Source of the DNA: Camelus ferus
Taxonomy: Eukaryota
Direction: 5' to 3'
NCBI RefSeq assembly: GCF_009834535.1
Contig: NC_045697.1
Location: 116,004,001-116,068,000 of the forward strand
Length of the DNA: 64,000 bases
The notes beneath the pieces are model-generated. The model was given only the letters and a program-made list of their open reading frames with translations, did not search any database and was not told the origin of the DNA. Below, piece by piece: positions 47,003 through 60,420 of this stretch. How positions within the stretch are numbered: position 1 is the stretch's first letter; each line of letters starts with the position of its first letter. The translations under genes were made by a program, and so were the position numbers.

Positions 47003-49093
47003 CTGCGTGGAGACACAGCGAGGTCAGCGGCCTCTGCAGGTTACAGCGGGCAACTGACATGTACCCAACAGAAATACACTGATACACAGGCCAGAGGCGC
47101 CACCACTGAGGTGGGGAAAAACCATTTGCTGGGGGAGACCAGGTGACTGAGATCAAGGCAAATTTTTATTCAAGTGAAATTTAGCATCTTTAATGAGAGT
47201 TTAGAGAGGAGACAAGAAAACAGTTATACGAGACCAGAATTTGATGCTGAAATCAGGGCACCACTCGACCCTGCTTAGCTCTCTTAAATATAAATTTTAC
47301 TCCATTAGTCTCTACAAAAGAAACTAGGAAAAATGACTACGATGATGTTTAAAAGAATGTTTTTTTTCCCCCTCAAATTGCAAAGTCGGTCATTTTGTTT
47401 TCACTGAAGTTTTCATTCTGAGAACTTAATGGCATAGAATAACTCAGCTGGAAAGATCCACATTATCATTTTAAGCTGACATATGTTAATAAGAAGTAAG
47501 ACCTGAAGAAAACGTCTTTGGATTTTTGCCATTTGATTCTTCACCACTAATAACATATTGTATATATCACCTAAAAGCCAATTGTTTTGAAGGATACCAT
47601 GTACAAAATCTCCATTTCTTCCTGGCCTGTCACTTCGTCTAAACAGAGGTCCATTTCCTGGCCGGCAGGGCCCTTCACTCTCCTTGGTTGCTAAAAATAA
47701 TTCTGAAAGTCCCAAAGGAAGAGAAGCTTGTCTTGACATTTTTAAGGAAAAAAAATCCAAATCTTCTTAGCACTCTTTTTTTTTCCACATTACTAATAAT
47801 CTCATGTTACTTAAAATACTGATTTTATAGGATTATATGTACACAATGCAAATTTTTCCACACCATCTACCTAATTAAAAAGAATCCAATCTAGAGCACC
47901 TAAATGTTGCTAATTTACTCTCTAAATAGTACTTCCCCATCCTTTCAGTTATTAATTCCTGATTTATTTTTTAAAGATGGTACAGGTCTTGATAAGACTT
48001 AATGAGTTTATCTATGAAACGTCTTGATACAAACCACAGCGCCAATTCTGACAGACAAGATTTAAAGCCTTCCCTGAACAGTCTGCTCAAATGCACATCT
48101 CCAGAACAACACTTGGGGGACCACTCGACAGTGGAAGGACCCTCCTGTTTTCCTCCGCTAACGAAGGGTGGGTGTGGCTCTGTGACCCCCGCGACCCTGC
48201 GCAGTGATCCTTGTTACTGTTCTCATGTCCAGGAGAAGAGCAGGAGCTGGTGAAGTCCAACTGCCTGGGGCCAAAAGATCTCGGCTGACTGCCACTACCA
48301 CCCACCAACAGGATGGGAGAAGGACTCAGGCACACCCACGGAACCCGGAGGGAGGCCGATACCGGGCGGAATGTGCAGAGCTCTGAAACAGTGGAGAATT
48401 CCAGCAGAAGAGGTATCCGCTGGGTCAGTGAACTCTGACACCGTGTTAATCATCTCTCTGGCCTTCCTCCGGGGAAAACTCTCCTGGCCTTTTGTTCCTC
48501 CTGGCTTACACCTGCTCGGTTAAAGGGCGGGACAGAAAGGGACCCTCAGGGCGATGGAGCAGAACATTATCTAGTGTTATAAAGGAAGACAGTGGTACCC
48601 TGAGAACGGCAGTATGAGTGCCTAAAATTTAATCTCCTTAAAAATAAAACAAGAGAGCAACAAAAACAGATAATCAAGACCCGTGTTAACACGATGAAAA
48701 AAATAAAAATGTTAGTTTTTTTTAATGTTTTTAAAGCCCTCTGCTCTGTAATTAATGCTATGTGATCATATTTAGTTAAAACAACTGTTAGTGTAAAAAG
48801 AACTATTTATATATTTATAATCAATAAAACACTTATATGAATTTTTTAAAAGGCCTTAGATAGTTATATAAGCTTAACAGTATTTATTTATAAATATAAC
48901 ATTTAAAATAATCAACATTCTCGCAAATTTATAAACTTGGAAGAATTTCAAGTTCAGGCGAAAGGGGAGAAAAACCCACGGGGTGTTACACATCAGATCA
49001 CTGTAAATGACTCTCCTGTCAGACGGATGTAATCTACCACTCTGGAATCGCTCACAGCTGAAATAAAGGAGGTCAGGTGGTAACCCAGCCTAC

Positions 49094-49246
49094 CTTTCCT
49101 CGGAGAACTCTGTGGAGAAGTGGGGGGAGAGGACAGCTGGGAAGACGCGTTTGAGATTGTGTCTTCTGCTGGTTTCCTGTGGCGTTCCAGACTCCCTTCT
49201 TCGGACAAAGAAAGGATTTTCTTTAAAGCTTGTGGAGAGTTGATGC
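49094..49246 (-). CDS. RAPGEF2: RAPGEF2 exon ([16 protein letters not shown]...SPQSSPRK)
   Basis: tctcttctag acceptor, G|gtagg donor; 153 nt. Confidence 0.96.
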
Positions 49247-49556
49247 CTAGAAGAGAGAGAAGTAACTTCAATACGCATTTCCAAGACTGAAAAGAAGTAA
49301 CGTTAATGTCTAAAAACTCTGGTGTTAAGATTAACACTGCATTCAGCATCAGCCTATTTACAATCTCAGTGCTATCTGCACGCTGTGAATGGCGAGCTTA
49401 CAGAAGGCGCCGGGGACACACAGTGTGGCTTCTGACTGGTGCCTGCCCCAGGACTAGCACTAGACTGCTTCTGATCTTTTACTTCAGATTCTCAATCTTG
49501 ATCACCGCTTTATTCAAAGCCATGTTAGACAACAGTGAAGAAAAAATAGAGACAAT

Positions 49557-49709
49557 GGGGGGGGGTGTAGCTCAGTGGCAGAACACGTGCTTAACATGCA
49601 TGAGGTCCTAGATTCAACCCCCAGTACCTCCATTAAAAAAAAAAAATGTAAATAAATAAATAAACCTAATTACCTGACCCACCCAAAAAATACTTCAAAA
49701 AAAAAAAAA
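49557..49709 (+). mobile_element. Intronic Vic-1-like SINE
   Basis: A/B boxes, tail aaataaacctaattacc, TSD agacaat. Confidence 0.88.
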
Positions 49710-51340
49710 AGACAATTTGGAAATACTTTAATTGAGAATGAAAGTGATGCAGCTAAGAGTATTTATTAGAACTCAAGTTTGAGTTGGAGATGGGTATCTT
49801 TGTGTTGTTGGAAATGTTAGCTCTCGGAAAGTGTGAATGATGAAAGAAAAGTGAAGAGCCAAAAGGAAGTAGCCAGAAAGACTAAAAGTGGGCTAAGGGA
49901 TTCCCTGCAGCTAACATGTGATCAGACAGACAGACAGGAGGAGGCCGGGAGACAGGAATGAGCCAAGCTCGGAGTGGGTTCAGGAGGGAGCCATCCAGCA
50001 CCAGGGGGCGGATCCAGGAGGTCGGGGGCAGAAGAAAAAGGATTACTTGTGCCAATGAAGGTGATTTTTTCCCCTTAAAAAAAAGCACTTTTAGAAATGA
50101 GGGAGTCACACACAGATATTTTTCAAAGCCTCCAGTATTAAGAGGTGTTCTCAATTGCCTTATTTTGAACAACAAAGAGACATCAGGGAAGGTGGTACAG
50201 CTTGAAACCACCTCAATCAATGTTAGTTTTAATGTCCTTGGACTGAACAGGGTCCGTGAAAAAGGAGGCAATGAAGTTGAACAAAGATTTAATCCTTTAT
50301 TTCACCTCCTGTAAGTGTGTGATGCTACTTTAATACAATCTTCTAAAAATCGCTTTGAAAGCGATCTTTTAATTACACGGACAGATACTAACATATACAG
50401 GATGCGTGAAAACACCAGCTACACCAAAGCTACAGGAATGAACAGCGCTGCTGTGGCATCCTACATAGACTGAGAAAGTGCTGCCTTCAAACAGCGCGGA
50501 CGGCCATGAAGATGCTGTGATGCAGAAAACCGTTCCGGTTCAGAAGAGTTCCAGTGATGACCAAGACACATATAAAAAGTGCAGCAAGTATCAGAACAAA
50601 ATGTATTTCATGAATGGGGGTGGGTGCAGCATCTCTAAAGTAATATTTTATATTACATGACTTTACATACTTAACTATCATAAGAAGACTGGACTATTTC
50701 ATCTACACTCCTAAAGTTCATAAATTCAAAAAGGCCAAAAAACATGTGACAGATTCTCTCTGGGAAAGCAGGGGACCGCCTGCTCTACAGTTGGGCGCAC
50801 CTACAGTTGGGATAACAGGCTGTGTTTTGCGAAGAGGGAGGCGGGTGAACTTCTGTATGAGTTTGACGTAAAGGAGGCCACAGAAGTCAGACAGCAGGGG
50901 ACTTGGGACTAGGAGGAAATTAACAAGGCAGTGGACAAGAGACGCGGTTCCATTCATTTGTGATGTGGGAGCAGCAAAGACACTTGGAAGAGGAAGTGTT
51001 AAGTAAAGGGGAAATGTCTCGCTCCTCCCCAGACTCAACAAACGGGACATTTGTCCATCAGGAGGAACAGCCGGAGATGGAGCCTGTGAAGGACCCACCC
51101 GTCCTCAGCCCAGCTCGTGAGGACGGGTGCCACTGGGCGGGGGTTGTCTCAGTCACCAACACCCTGTTTTGTCTAAGTAAACTCTTCACTGCAAGCTGTT
51201 TTTTCTTTTTTTTAATGTCTTTCCTTTTACCAACTTTGTTTCCTTTCACATATATACAGAGAAAAAAGAACCAGAACATTTTATGAAAAATAATTTCATA
51301 CCATTTACATAAAGGGACTAAATTAGTAGATATACCACTT

Positions 51341-51497
51341 TTTTGTTTGTTTTTTGTGGTCTTCCCTTGGAGTAGGGGAGGTCATTTGGTTTATTTATTT
51401 ATTTCATGCTTACTTTTAATGGAGGTATTGGGGGTGGAACCCAGGACTTCGTGCATGCTAAGCACATGCTCGACCACTGAGCTCCATCCTCCCCACC
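51341..51497 (-). mobile_element. Intronic Vic-1-like SINE
   Basis: aatggaggtattgggggtggaacccaggacttcgtgcatgctaagc. Confidence 0.85.
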
Positions 51498-51991
51498 AGA
51501 CATCACTTTTAATAGGAAAGATGAAGCATGACTTGGCTCCTTAACATACAGGAATTGATGGTTATTTTCCTCCCAAGTTGCAGAATCAGTGATTCGACAA
51601 ATGAGAATTCACCTCCAGACAAATCCTTTCACTTAAAAATATTTCGCCTACATTCCAGCAATTTTGATCATAAGGCCAAGCTAGCTGAAATAAGGCACAG
51701 GGGCAACTTCTGTACTCGCCAAAAATGGAACGTGTGGAAGCACAGTCTCCCCAGTTCATGCCCGCGCCCACACTGCTATGACAAGACTAGATGAACAGTC
51801 CTTTCCACTGGCCAAAGTCAAGCTTAACTCACTGAGCAGTAATGTCCCATTAAAGGGTAACGATGGGGGGGGGGGACTAAGTACACGAGACAACATTACC
51901 CAGGACAGGACAGGACAGGATGGGACAAGGTTCCTCATCCGAGAAGCCTGATGATGAACAGCCCCAAGACAGCGTGAACCTGGCCACCTAC

Positions 51992-52198
51992 CGAAAGGTG
52001 GGAGATCCTTCACAGGAACTTTCTTTCGAGAAGGGTAAAGGGACACGGCAGGGACCTGCAGGCCTTGGCTGATCTTCTGCGGCGGCTGCGGTGGCGGGGG
52101 CTGGGGCTGGGGCTGCGCCTTCTGCTGCGACCCGGCCCTCGGAGCCACTGGGGAGGTCTCAGATTTGACGGGCTTTTTGTCACCAGGGTTCTTAGGCA
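51992..52198 (-). CDS. RAPGEF2: RAPGEF2 exon ([16 protein letters not shown]...VKDLPPF), Pro/Gln-rich
   Basis: gtgatcag acceptor, G|gtagg donor; 207 nt. Confidence 0.95.
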
Positions 52199-53540
52199 CT
52201 GATCACAGTTGGGTGTGAAAACAGAACAAGAGATTTAAGGAGTTAGTGGCTACACATGAGATCATTTTAGGAATGCATAAACATCTTCTGCGGTGCAAAT
52301 ACTAAAATATGTACCTTTTTCCTGCTGCCTACCTAAAGGGCAGAAATGGGGGCGAGGGAGAACCCCTGTTACCCAAAAAAGGCATGACAGGACACAGATT
52401 CACTTCGTAAAACTCACCCTCTCAAAAGATGTTTATACTATTAAGTACTGCGTTAAAAATACAAAATAGAAAAACATGGATAGTTCAACATATTATATGT
52501 ATGTCTGTAAAAAAGCAAATATATGGTATTGTAACAGGAAAATTGTTACAAGTTGTTTTTCTAAAATGGCACCCAAAATTCCTCGACCAAAATCCCTTAT
52601 ATATATTATGAGCTTAGGTTTAGTTTAATAAGTGACATTGGCTGCGATCTTTTTTCTCTCAAATTCTCTCTCCTATGAGGTAAAATAAACCACATTGCCA
52701 ACAGCAGCCAGTACTGCTTGGGTTTTATACCGAGTGTCTAATTCCAGGGCAGAGAGAAGGCAGAACAATTTAACAGGGCAATTAAATGCTGTTTTAAGTG
52801 TATTAATATTCCAAACCACCCCATGATGTATCATACTTCCTTCAATTTACATGTAAAGAAGCTGAGGTTTGGGGAGCTCAGTGACCTGCCCAAGGTGACA
52901 CTGTTAGTACGAGGAACACAGGGTTTGCGTTCAGACCAGGCTGACTCTGGAGGACAAGCTCCTCACTCTATGCCTCAGTGGTTTTATTAAAGTTTCCCAG
53001 GCAAGTCTACTGACCCGAATCTCACAGCATCCGACACTGACCCTCCAGCGAGGTGGTACCTTCCAACCTGCCCATAGAAGCCCCCCAAGTGTCCTGCCTG
53101 GAAAACGCCTCCGTCTTACAAATTCCGATGCCGAGAAAGAGAAAACAGCCCCATTTCGGGCCTGGCCAGGCGGTTAAGGCGGGTGGGGGAGGGCTACCAA
53201 TGGGCGGCGCCCTGCTCACTGCGGGGCAGTCACTGCGGGTGCGCGGGCGCTGGGGGTGGGGGGAGGCTCCTGAGCCCCCGGTTCCGCGCTGCTCCTAGCC
53301 TGTCCATCACCTGAGAAGCATCTTTGCGGGGAAACAGGGTATGCAAGAGGGAGCTGCATCACCCGTGTCCCCGGCCTGCGCTCCGGCTGCAAGGGGATGA
53401 AATAAAGCCGGTTCCCGCCCCCACGCTAACCCCGAGACGGGGGCAGGACCCTGCCACTCGGTTCAGGATGCAGCGCGGCGGCGGAAAGGGGGCGTGCTCC
53501 CCGGGCCCCCCCGCCCCGGCCGCTCGGAGGAGCCACTCAC

Positions 53541-53764
53541 ACGTGCTGGTGGCCGGCTCGCACTGCAGGGACAGCGTCTGAAGACTCTCCTCGTCCATGT
53601 CCAGCTCCAGATCGGACAGGTACTGCTTCACTTTCCGAGCCATCTGGGCGTCCTCGTACAGCTTCTTGGCGTTGAGGAAGGAGCTGCGGCGCACCCGCTT
53701 TTTGTGGCCGCCGGTCGGAGCCACGTCCAGCACCGCCGCACTCGTGCTGCCCTGGCTCAGGGAC
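53541..53764 (-). CDS. RAPGEF2: RAPGEF2 exon ([14 protein letters not shown]...[10 protein letters not shown]), end of GEF domain
   Basis: ccttccag acceptor, T|gtgagt donor; 224 nt. Confidence 0.97.
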
Positions 53765-54818
53765 CTGGAAGGCGGAGGGCAGGGATGCGGCTCGCTCTGG
53801 CCGGGGCTCACGGACCCGCTCCAGATGCGCCGCGACCTCTAGCAAGAGTCTATGTGCAAAAAGGTCACAGGCCTCATTCTGGTAAGTAAACTGTTGCAAA
53901 GGAACATTGCATAATGTAGATTCACATTTTCTAAGTTTAAAGAGATTCATATATACACTATAAAAAAAAAACATATATATGTTTGGCACCTGTTGGGTTC
54001 CAACTAGAAAATTCTGTGTTTCACCTCTTCAGAGGGTTCAAGGCAGCTCCCTCGCTGAGGCCAGCGAGTCATAATGATGACACATAAAAGCTCATGCAGG
54101 AATAATACAGTCACAGTCATGAAGAGTGACACTGAACTTATTTCTTCTAAAGAGGACGTTTTACCTCAATTTAAGTAAATTTAGCCACAAGGTTCACAAC
54201 GGTTTTCTTATCACTTGGGTTAAATGTAGTGAGTTTTTTAAGTGACAGGGTCAATCTGTTAATAAGATGCTCATGCAAATGTAAAAACATCTGTATAGAA
54301 ACTAGCACATGAGTTAAGAATTATTTTTTTTTTAAAGAATTGGTTTATAGGATGAAAACAGTAGTTAGTTGAGCTGTAAAAATTTTTAGTTTTTAAGACC
54401 TCGGGGCACCTTCTGCATATATCTACTCCTCAGGGATCTGTGCAACAGTATTTAAGTTGCACAGTTTTTCCTTCTAACCTCCTTCCTCCCCTCATCCCGT
54501 GTTAGACTTTTTCCTTTTCAAGACACACAAATTATATTAAAATACAGTCTTTCTGAAAGCTCAGAGGGATGCCTGGCCTACAGTCACCCGGAACAATCAT
54601 CGATCGTTTCGCAGCTCCCGTGGGTCAGGACCTCAAAAGCGAAAGCCCCAGGAGATTACACATGAAGTCAGTTTGAAACTGAAATTCTGCAAGAGCCAGA
54701 GGGTTAGGAAAAAAAAAAAATGCAAAAGTGCAAAGCATCAGAAAACACAGCAGGTAAGAAAACGAGGCACGTGGGGGACGCGAAGTGGGCGTGGGTGTGC
54801 GGGGTCTCCACCACTTAC

Positions 54819-54842
54819 CCCAGACTCCTCCATTTCTTCTTC
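54819..54842 (-). CDS. RAPGEF2: RAPGEF2 24-nt microexon (R-KKKWRSL-G)
   Basis: Minus strand ctctcacttacag|GAAGAAGAAATGGAGGAGTCTGGG|gtaagt; frame-preserving (phase 2-2); peptide present in RAPGEF2 orthologues as recalled. Confidence 0.92.
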
Positions 54843-55429
54843 CTGTAAGTGAGAGCCGTGGAGATTGAAGCGTGGATGTAGAGAGAGAGACAGAAAGATC
54901 ACAAGCTCAGAAGGAAAGGACTAGACTTCCGGGTAAGCAGTCCTCGCAGCCCACACACATCAGTCGCCTCACACACACCACCTGACCAGCGATGTTTTTC
55001 TGGCTCAAAAGACAAATGCGTCTAAATCATTTGTTCTAAAAACCCCTTCCCGGGGTTAATCGTTCTGGACTGCACGGACAGCGAAACCCACCGTGTAGTG
55101 GGCCAGACCACACTGTAGGGGTTATTTACGCATTTTAGTTCAGACTGTTGGTGATGAGCTTAAGCTATGCACGTCTGAAAAAGGAGGAATGGCTGTGCCT
55201 CGCCTTAGATGAAAGGTGTCTGAAGGGCAGACTGTTTCCCGGCAGCCAGAAGTGCCCTCGACGCGGGCTAAGGCGTTCACGCTGAGTCAGAACTCGGGGG
55301 TGGTGCTCTGCAGGGCCTAAGGAGCCTCGCCAGCTACGGATATAAGTGTCCACAGTTTCCTTGTCTGTCAGGAAGCTCTAGCCCAACCTTCCCCAACCCT
55401 GCAAGCGCTGCCGAGGGCCACACACTCAC

Positions 55430-55553
55430 CGGGTCCTGAACATGAGGGCGGGATCCATGTTAACCGAGGCCATGCGGCCCACGTGACGGATCTCTTTTGC
55501 AATCATTCTGAGCTTCTCAAAATTGACCAGCCCCTCGACCTTTGAGTCATTTC
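55430..55553 (-). CDS. RAPGEF2: RAPGEF2 exon ([40 protein letters not shown]), not in the ORF track
   Basis: Translated by hand; atttcag acceptor, CG|gtgagt donor; 124 nt; separated from the previous exon by a 91-nt intron; GLVNFEK GEF motif. Confidence 0.97.
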
Positions 55554-55644
55554 CTGAAATTGGCAAAGAAGGAAAAGGGAGTCACGTGGCCTGTATGCTC
55601 CGCTTCCACCAGTGGGGCCAGAGGTCCTCCACTCTGAGTTTTAC

Positions 55645-55856
55645 CTTCGTGAAGGAAGGTCAGATCCTTCTTGATCACTGGGAACAGGGGGATGATGGGA
55701 GGTTGGAGGTTTTGGCTGTTGAGGACATTGCGGTATTTCGCCATGTTTCTGGAAGGATCAAACAGGTCTTGGAGATCCTGAAACAGCTTTTCGTATTTGT
55801 TGGGAAGTTTTTCCCACGTAGTTCGCAGTCTTGCCACTGGTGCCAGGTTTAGGCCG
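55645..55856 (-). CDS. RAPGEF2: RAPGEF2 exon, CDC25 GEF domain ([17 protein letters not shown]...KDLTFLHE)
   Basis: ccgctcag acceptor after a T-rich tract, G|gtaaa donor; 212 nt; [20 protein letters not shown] motif. Confidence 0.98.
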
Positions 55857-56029
55857 CTGAGCGGAAAAAAAAAGAAAAGTGGTGTGAAGTTAAACAACTC
55901 ATCCTTTTGAAATGAAGGCAGTAAAGTCGTGTGCTGTCTATTAACACAGAACACCTCTGTGTGTGTGCCTTGTGTACTCGGCAGGTCACAGGATGCTTAA
56001 GAAACGATGAATAATTCTGGGTTAGAAGG

Positions 56030-56173
56030 ACTTACTGTACAGCACAGGGTTTTACAAAATCTTGTAAAAACCTATAATGATAAAGAACCTGAAAAATAAA
56101 ATATTTATATACAACTGACTCACTTTGCTGTACACCTGAAATACTGTATATCAACTAGACTTCAATTAAAAAC
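56030..56173 (+). mobile_element. Short intronic L1 3' tail
   Basis: actgtacagcacaggg...cactttgctgtacacctgaa...cttcaattaaaaa; TSD-like taattctgggt. Confidence 0.8.
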
Positions 56174-56780
56174 ATAGTAATTCTGGGTGATGAGAATTGA
56201 AGATAGAAGACAGACAGGGACTAGGGGACCTTACTCATCTTCCCTTTACAACCTTCTGGTCTGTTTATTGTGAGCAAAACAATCAGAAGTTGAGGTGTTG
56301 TGAGGGCAGGATTTAACCCTGTTGCTTTGTCTCCACACACAGAGATGCTCCTGGCACAAAGCAGGCGTTTGATAAAACAGACCAGCCAGATACCTTACAG
56401 TCATGACACAAAGCAAAAGCCTTAAGAATAAGGGTATGATCAAACTCCCAGACAGGAAAAACGACTGACTCAATTAATTATTAATCACTTATCACCATCA
56501 GCATTGCTAATTGTTTCCGTCTGTGTTTCCTTCCAGCTGCAATTGCAAACTTAGAGAAGAAAATTAACGTTTAACACTGGGCATCTGCTGCTTTGTGCTG
56601 GCTGATGGGACCCCACATACATTCTCTCACTCAGTCTGCTTGATAGCTCATGGGGTCACTGTTATTATATTGAGAAATAAACTGACATTCACAGGAGTTC
56701 AAATAATTTGCCTGAAGTCACAGAGCTGAAAAAGTGGTGAATGTAATGTTCTGGGCTCCAAATCAGCATGCAAGAGATTT

Positions 56781-56960
56781 TATTTTTTGTTTTTATTTTT
56801 AAATTTAAAAAAAAATTTATTTATTGTTTGTTTGTTTTTGTTTGGGGGGAGGTAATTAGGTTCATTTAGTTACTTACTTTAATGGAGGTACTGGGGATTG
56901 AACCCAGGACCTCATGCATGCTTAGCATGCTCTCTACTGCTGAGCTATACCCTCCCCCAA
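56781..56960 (-). mobile_element. Intronic Vic-1-like SINE
   Basis: ggaggtactggggattgaacccaggacc...gagctataccctcccc; TSD agagatttt. Confidence 0.88.
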
Positions 56961-57248
56961 CCAGAGATTTTAAATGAAGGATGGAGATTGGGGTTCAGAG
57001 AAAAAGAATGGTTCAATATGATTCGATTAAAAATGACTACACTCGTACAAATGATATGTTTTCCTGGATTTCTCTCTATTTTTTTCACACTTTTTTAAAA
57101 ATTATTTTTTAATCCAGATTCCCAAATCTATCCTATTTCACTTTTTTTTTTAGTTTTTTTTTTTTTTTTTTGCAGGGGGAGGCAATTATTTCTCCTTATT
57201 TTTAATCTGCAAACGGAATTGAGTCTTATGACAAGCAGGCGCTCCTAC

Positions 57249-57632
57249 CTGATGATGGCAAACATCGAGTTGAAATTCTTGCACTCCCTGCAGTGCAGCG
57301 CTATCTTGATGAAATGCTTAATGATCTTCATCCTTTTCAGCTGGTTCATCTCTCGCAGAATTTCAGATGCCACCCAGAACGTTTCCTGGTTAATGACTTC
57401 TTCAAATTTCTTCAGGTTGGCACAGCTGGTTTTGGACCTGAGCTTAAATAAATCGTCGATGTACTCAGTAGGCTCGATGTTGCGGAAGAGCTCAAAATTC
57501 CGCATGGAGAGCTGCGTGGCCACTTCCACAGTACTGAGCTGCAGCAGTGAGATCTGACTCTCCCTCAGCAGCTCCTGGGCGTCTTCATCTGAACACAGCG
57601 TTTCTGTCTCCATGTTGTTTTTCAAGTAGTAC
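57249..57632 (-). CDS. RAPGEF2: RAPGEF2 exon, start of CDC25 RasGEF domain ([10 protein letters not shown]...NFNSMFAII)
   Basis: tttccccag acceptor, AG|gtagg donor; 384 nt; carries the RasGEF signatures FWVASEIL and [14 protein letters not shown]. Confidence 0.98.
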
Positions 57633-59555
57633 CTGGGGAAACAGGATTCAGAGGCTAAGCAGCTGTCTCCGGGCATTCCTTGAAGCAATGATGCTACCTC
57701 CAGAAGGTTTGTGAGAACGCTCAAGCGGACGATGGAAGGACCCTTTCCGACAGACAGACAAGGCAGCGGCCGCCCCAGTCACCAGACCACACGACCCCGT
57801 CCAGAGTCACGGACGGAAACTCACACGTCACACCAATTTCACCGGCACCAGGTACAGTCCATTTGCTCCTGTCTTTCTTTCCCTGCCTTCTAGATTATTT
57901 TGTCTTTTTCTTTTTGCCCAAAGTGACAGCTCAATTTAAATGATCAGCTTAAATAAGGAAATAGGCTCTCAGGAAGGAAGCAGGAGAGATTAGACACGGG
58001 TCATCAGTTTCCCCAGAGAGATGCATGACCTGAGACTACTGATCAGTCCAGGTTTACCGATTTATTCAAATACCAAAGAAACCTGGAAGCTGCTTCCCTC
58101 TCTCTGATCCGATGAGTAGAACAGCCCCAAAACAGATCTCAACTTTCAAATATCTGACTTTCACAAAAACCTTACTAGTTAAGTGGGGCAGGTCTGATTC
58201 CTCCGTCCGATGAGGAAACAGAGGCTCCCAAAGATTAACGCCAGCCGTAGAGACGAGAACTGAGTCAGGGTTCCTGTCTTTTTGTAAGCAACTTGTTGAA
58301 AACAGAATCCAGATGTTTGCCCTGTGATTTTTTTTTTTTTTTTTTTGATTTTGTAGAAAGATGCTTTCCTTAAGCCAAATTCCATAAAGTGAGAAACGGC
58401 ACCAGTGTGGTGGGTGTCCTGCCAAACTGGCCTTTTGCATATTTTGCCAAAGCCAACAGGTCAGAAAACTCACACCGCGGGGCCTGGTCACTCACGGATT
58501 TAACTCTCTCAGTTCTGATGACTCACGAGGCCCGTGAGGGGTATCCGCTTCTAATTTTCCTGAATAATGACTGTGAATCGTGAATCTGCCCCCTCAGTGG
58601 AGATCTGGAGAACGCCATCAGGACCACAGGTCTACCAGTGCACATAAAACTGAGAAGAACTGACCTCCTAAACCAGCACCACCTGCTCACGTCGGGGCTG
58701 GAATAAGGCAAGAGTGAAGAAGAGTGAGGAAGTCATGGCTAGGGAAGGAAAACAGACGTTCTGGATGGGTTGAATCAGGTTCAGGTGTGTAACACGGAAA
58801 AGTCAAGTATAAAATGAAACATTCCACATGGTGAGAAAAAAATGTGATTTCCAAAAACACTACATTTTCAGGAAGTGCAGAAGCTCATCATTGTATGAGA
58901 GCCACCACTTAACTACTTTTTCAACTTATCTCTAATTTGTGATTTGAGGATACAAATGACATCTCTCTGTGGAAACACCAATCAAGAGGCTGACAAAGTT
59001 AGAGGTGATGTTTTCCTGCAGGTATGTGTGACCCAAGCACTGAGGCAGCAGAGGGCCGAGCTCGGAAGCAGCTGAGGTTTGGCTCCAGAGTTAAGAAGTG
59101 TTGTTCAGGGCGTCCTGAACAGTGACAGGCAATGTAGCCAGGCTTGCCGTCCCACATGTCCCAGCCTGGACACGCGGAGCTCCCGGAGAGCCAGGCAGGC
59201 AGGAGCAAATGCCAGAGGACATTACTGGGAAACGCCTTTGTGGATGAGCATCTCCGTGGAGAAGGGGCAGCCGGCTCCCTCCGCCTTGGCCAGCCTGTGT
59301 CCTGACTGGGACGGCACGCAGGTCCCACGGCCCCGGTTCTGCCCTTGTTTTGAACAAGTTCCTAAGAGACTCTTGCAAGAGTCAACAATCTACTGTGTGC
59401 ATTTCCTTTGAGATGGCAATTCACAGGAAATGGGGGAAGCCTTCTTTTTAATCTGCAAGGGTCCTTCTCTTAAACACCCTTTGACAGTGGTCCCCAGACC
59501 CTGACGTGGGTCTGAAATGGGGGTAAAGCAATCCAGCAGGAGGGAGAGTGTGTAC

Positions 59556-59796
59556 CTTCCACTCAGCTGTATTCTGTCGGCAAGTTTGGAGAGCTGGTCT
59601 GGGAGTCTGCGCTGCTTGATGACCCCCTCGGGGGTGACGGAGACCTCACAGAGCGAGTACTGGTCCGGGGTGGCGGTCACTGCGAACTCCCGGATGGCCT
59701 GCACCACCACCTCCTTCGCCGTGGTGTCCTTGCTGATCATGAGGTACCGGCTTTGCTGGTCGGCCTTGAACACCCTCAGCACTTGATCTGGCAGGT
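59556..59796 (-). CDS. RAPGEF2: RAPGEF2 exon, Ras-association (RA) domain ([17 protein letters not shown]...RIQLSG)
   Basis: Pyrimidine tract + cag acceptor; AG|gtaca donor; 241 nt, phase matches both neighbours. Confidence 0.97.
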
Positions 59797-60420
59797 CTGG
59801 GGGGGAGAAAAGCCGCACGTCAGGGGAAAGGACTGCAGCGCATGCTCATACAGTCAGGCGGAGTCAAACTGAAAAACATCTCCTTCGAAAAGATAATGCT
59901 GAACTTGTCTCTCTCCTTTCTTTAACCCTTCTTCAGAGCCCGCCAGTCAGCACAGTGATCCGCTGTGTGAATACAACGGTCCCCCTAGAAAACTGAACCG
60001 GCCACAGACCTAGGCAAGCAGATCATAGCACAATGGCCCCGCTTAAGGTTGGCACGTTGGCAGCAAAAAATGATCCAGTTAAATCTCAAGTCCACCTTGG
60101 CAATACTGATGAGCCCATGAAGTTGACCTAACACGCCCCCTCCTCTTTATTTGACGTGACCTCGCCATGCCTACCTGGTACGGGTTAAATTCCCTTTATG
60201 AAAGTGGACACAAAGTCAGAGAGATTAACTTGCTCGTGGTCGTGTCAAATTAGCCCGAAGAATAAAAGAGCACCAGTTTCAATGGTTTAAAATTTAAGTT
60301 TATCCTGACTTTTTTGCATCTCATGTGGTCCATGCCAAACCAAGGGAGATGCATACAGCGTCACTGGTATGTTAGGGAAAACCGAGACAAGAAGACAAAA
60401 GCAGCATGGGCTGCGCTCAC

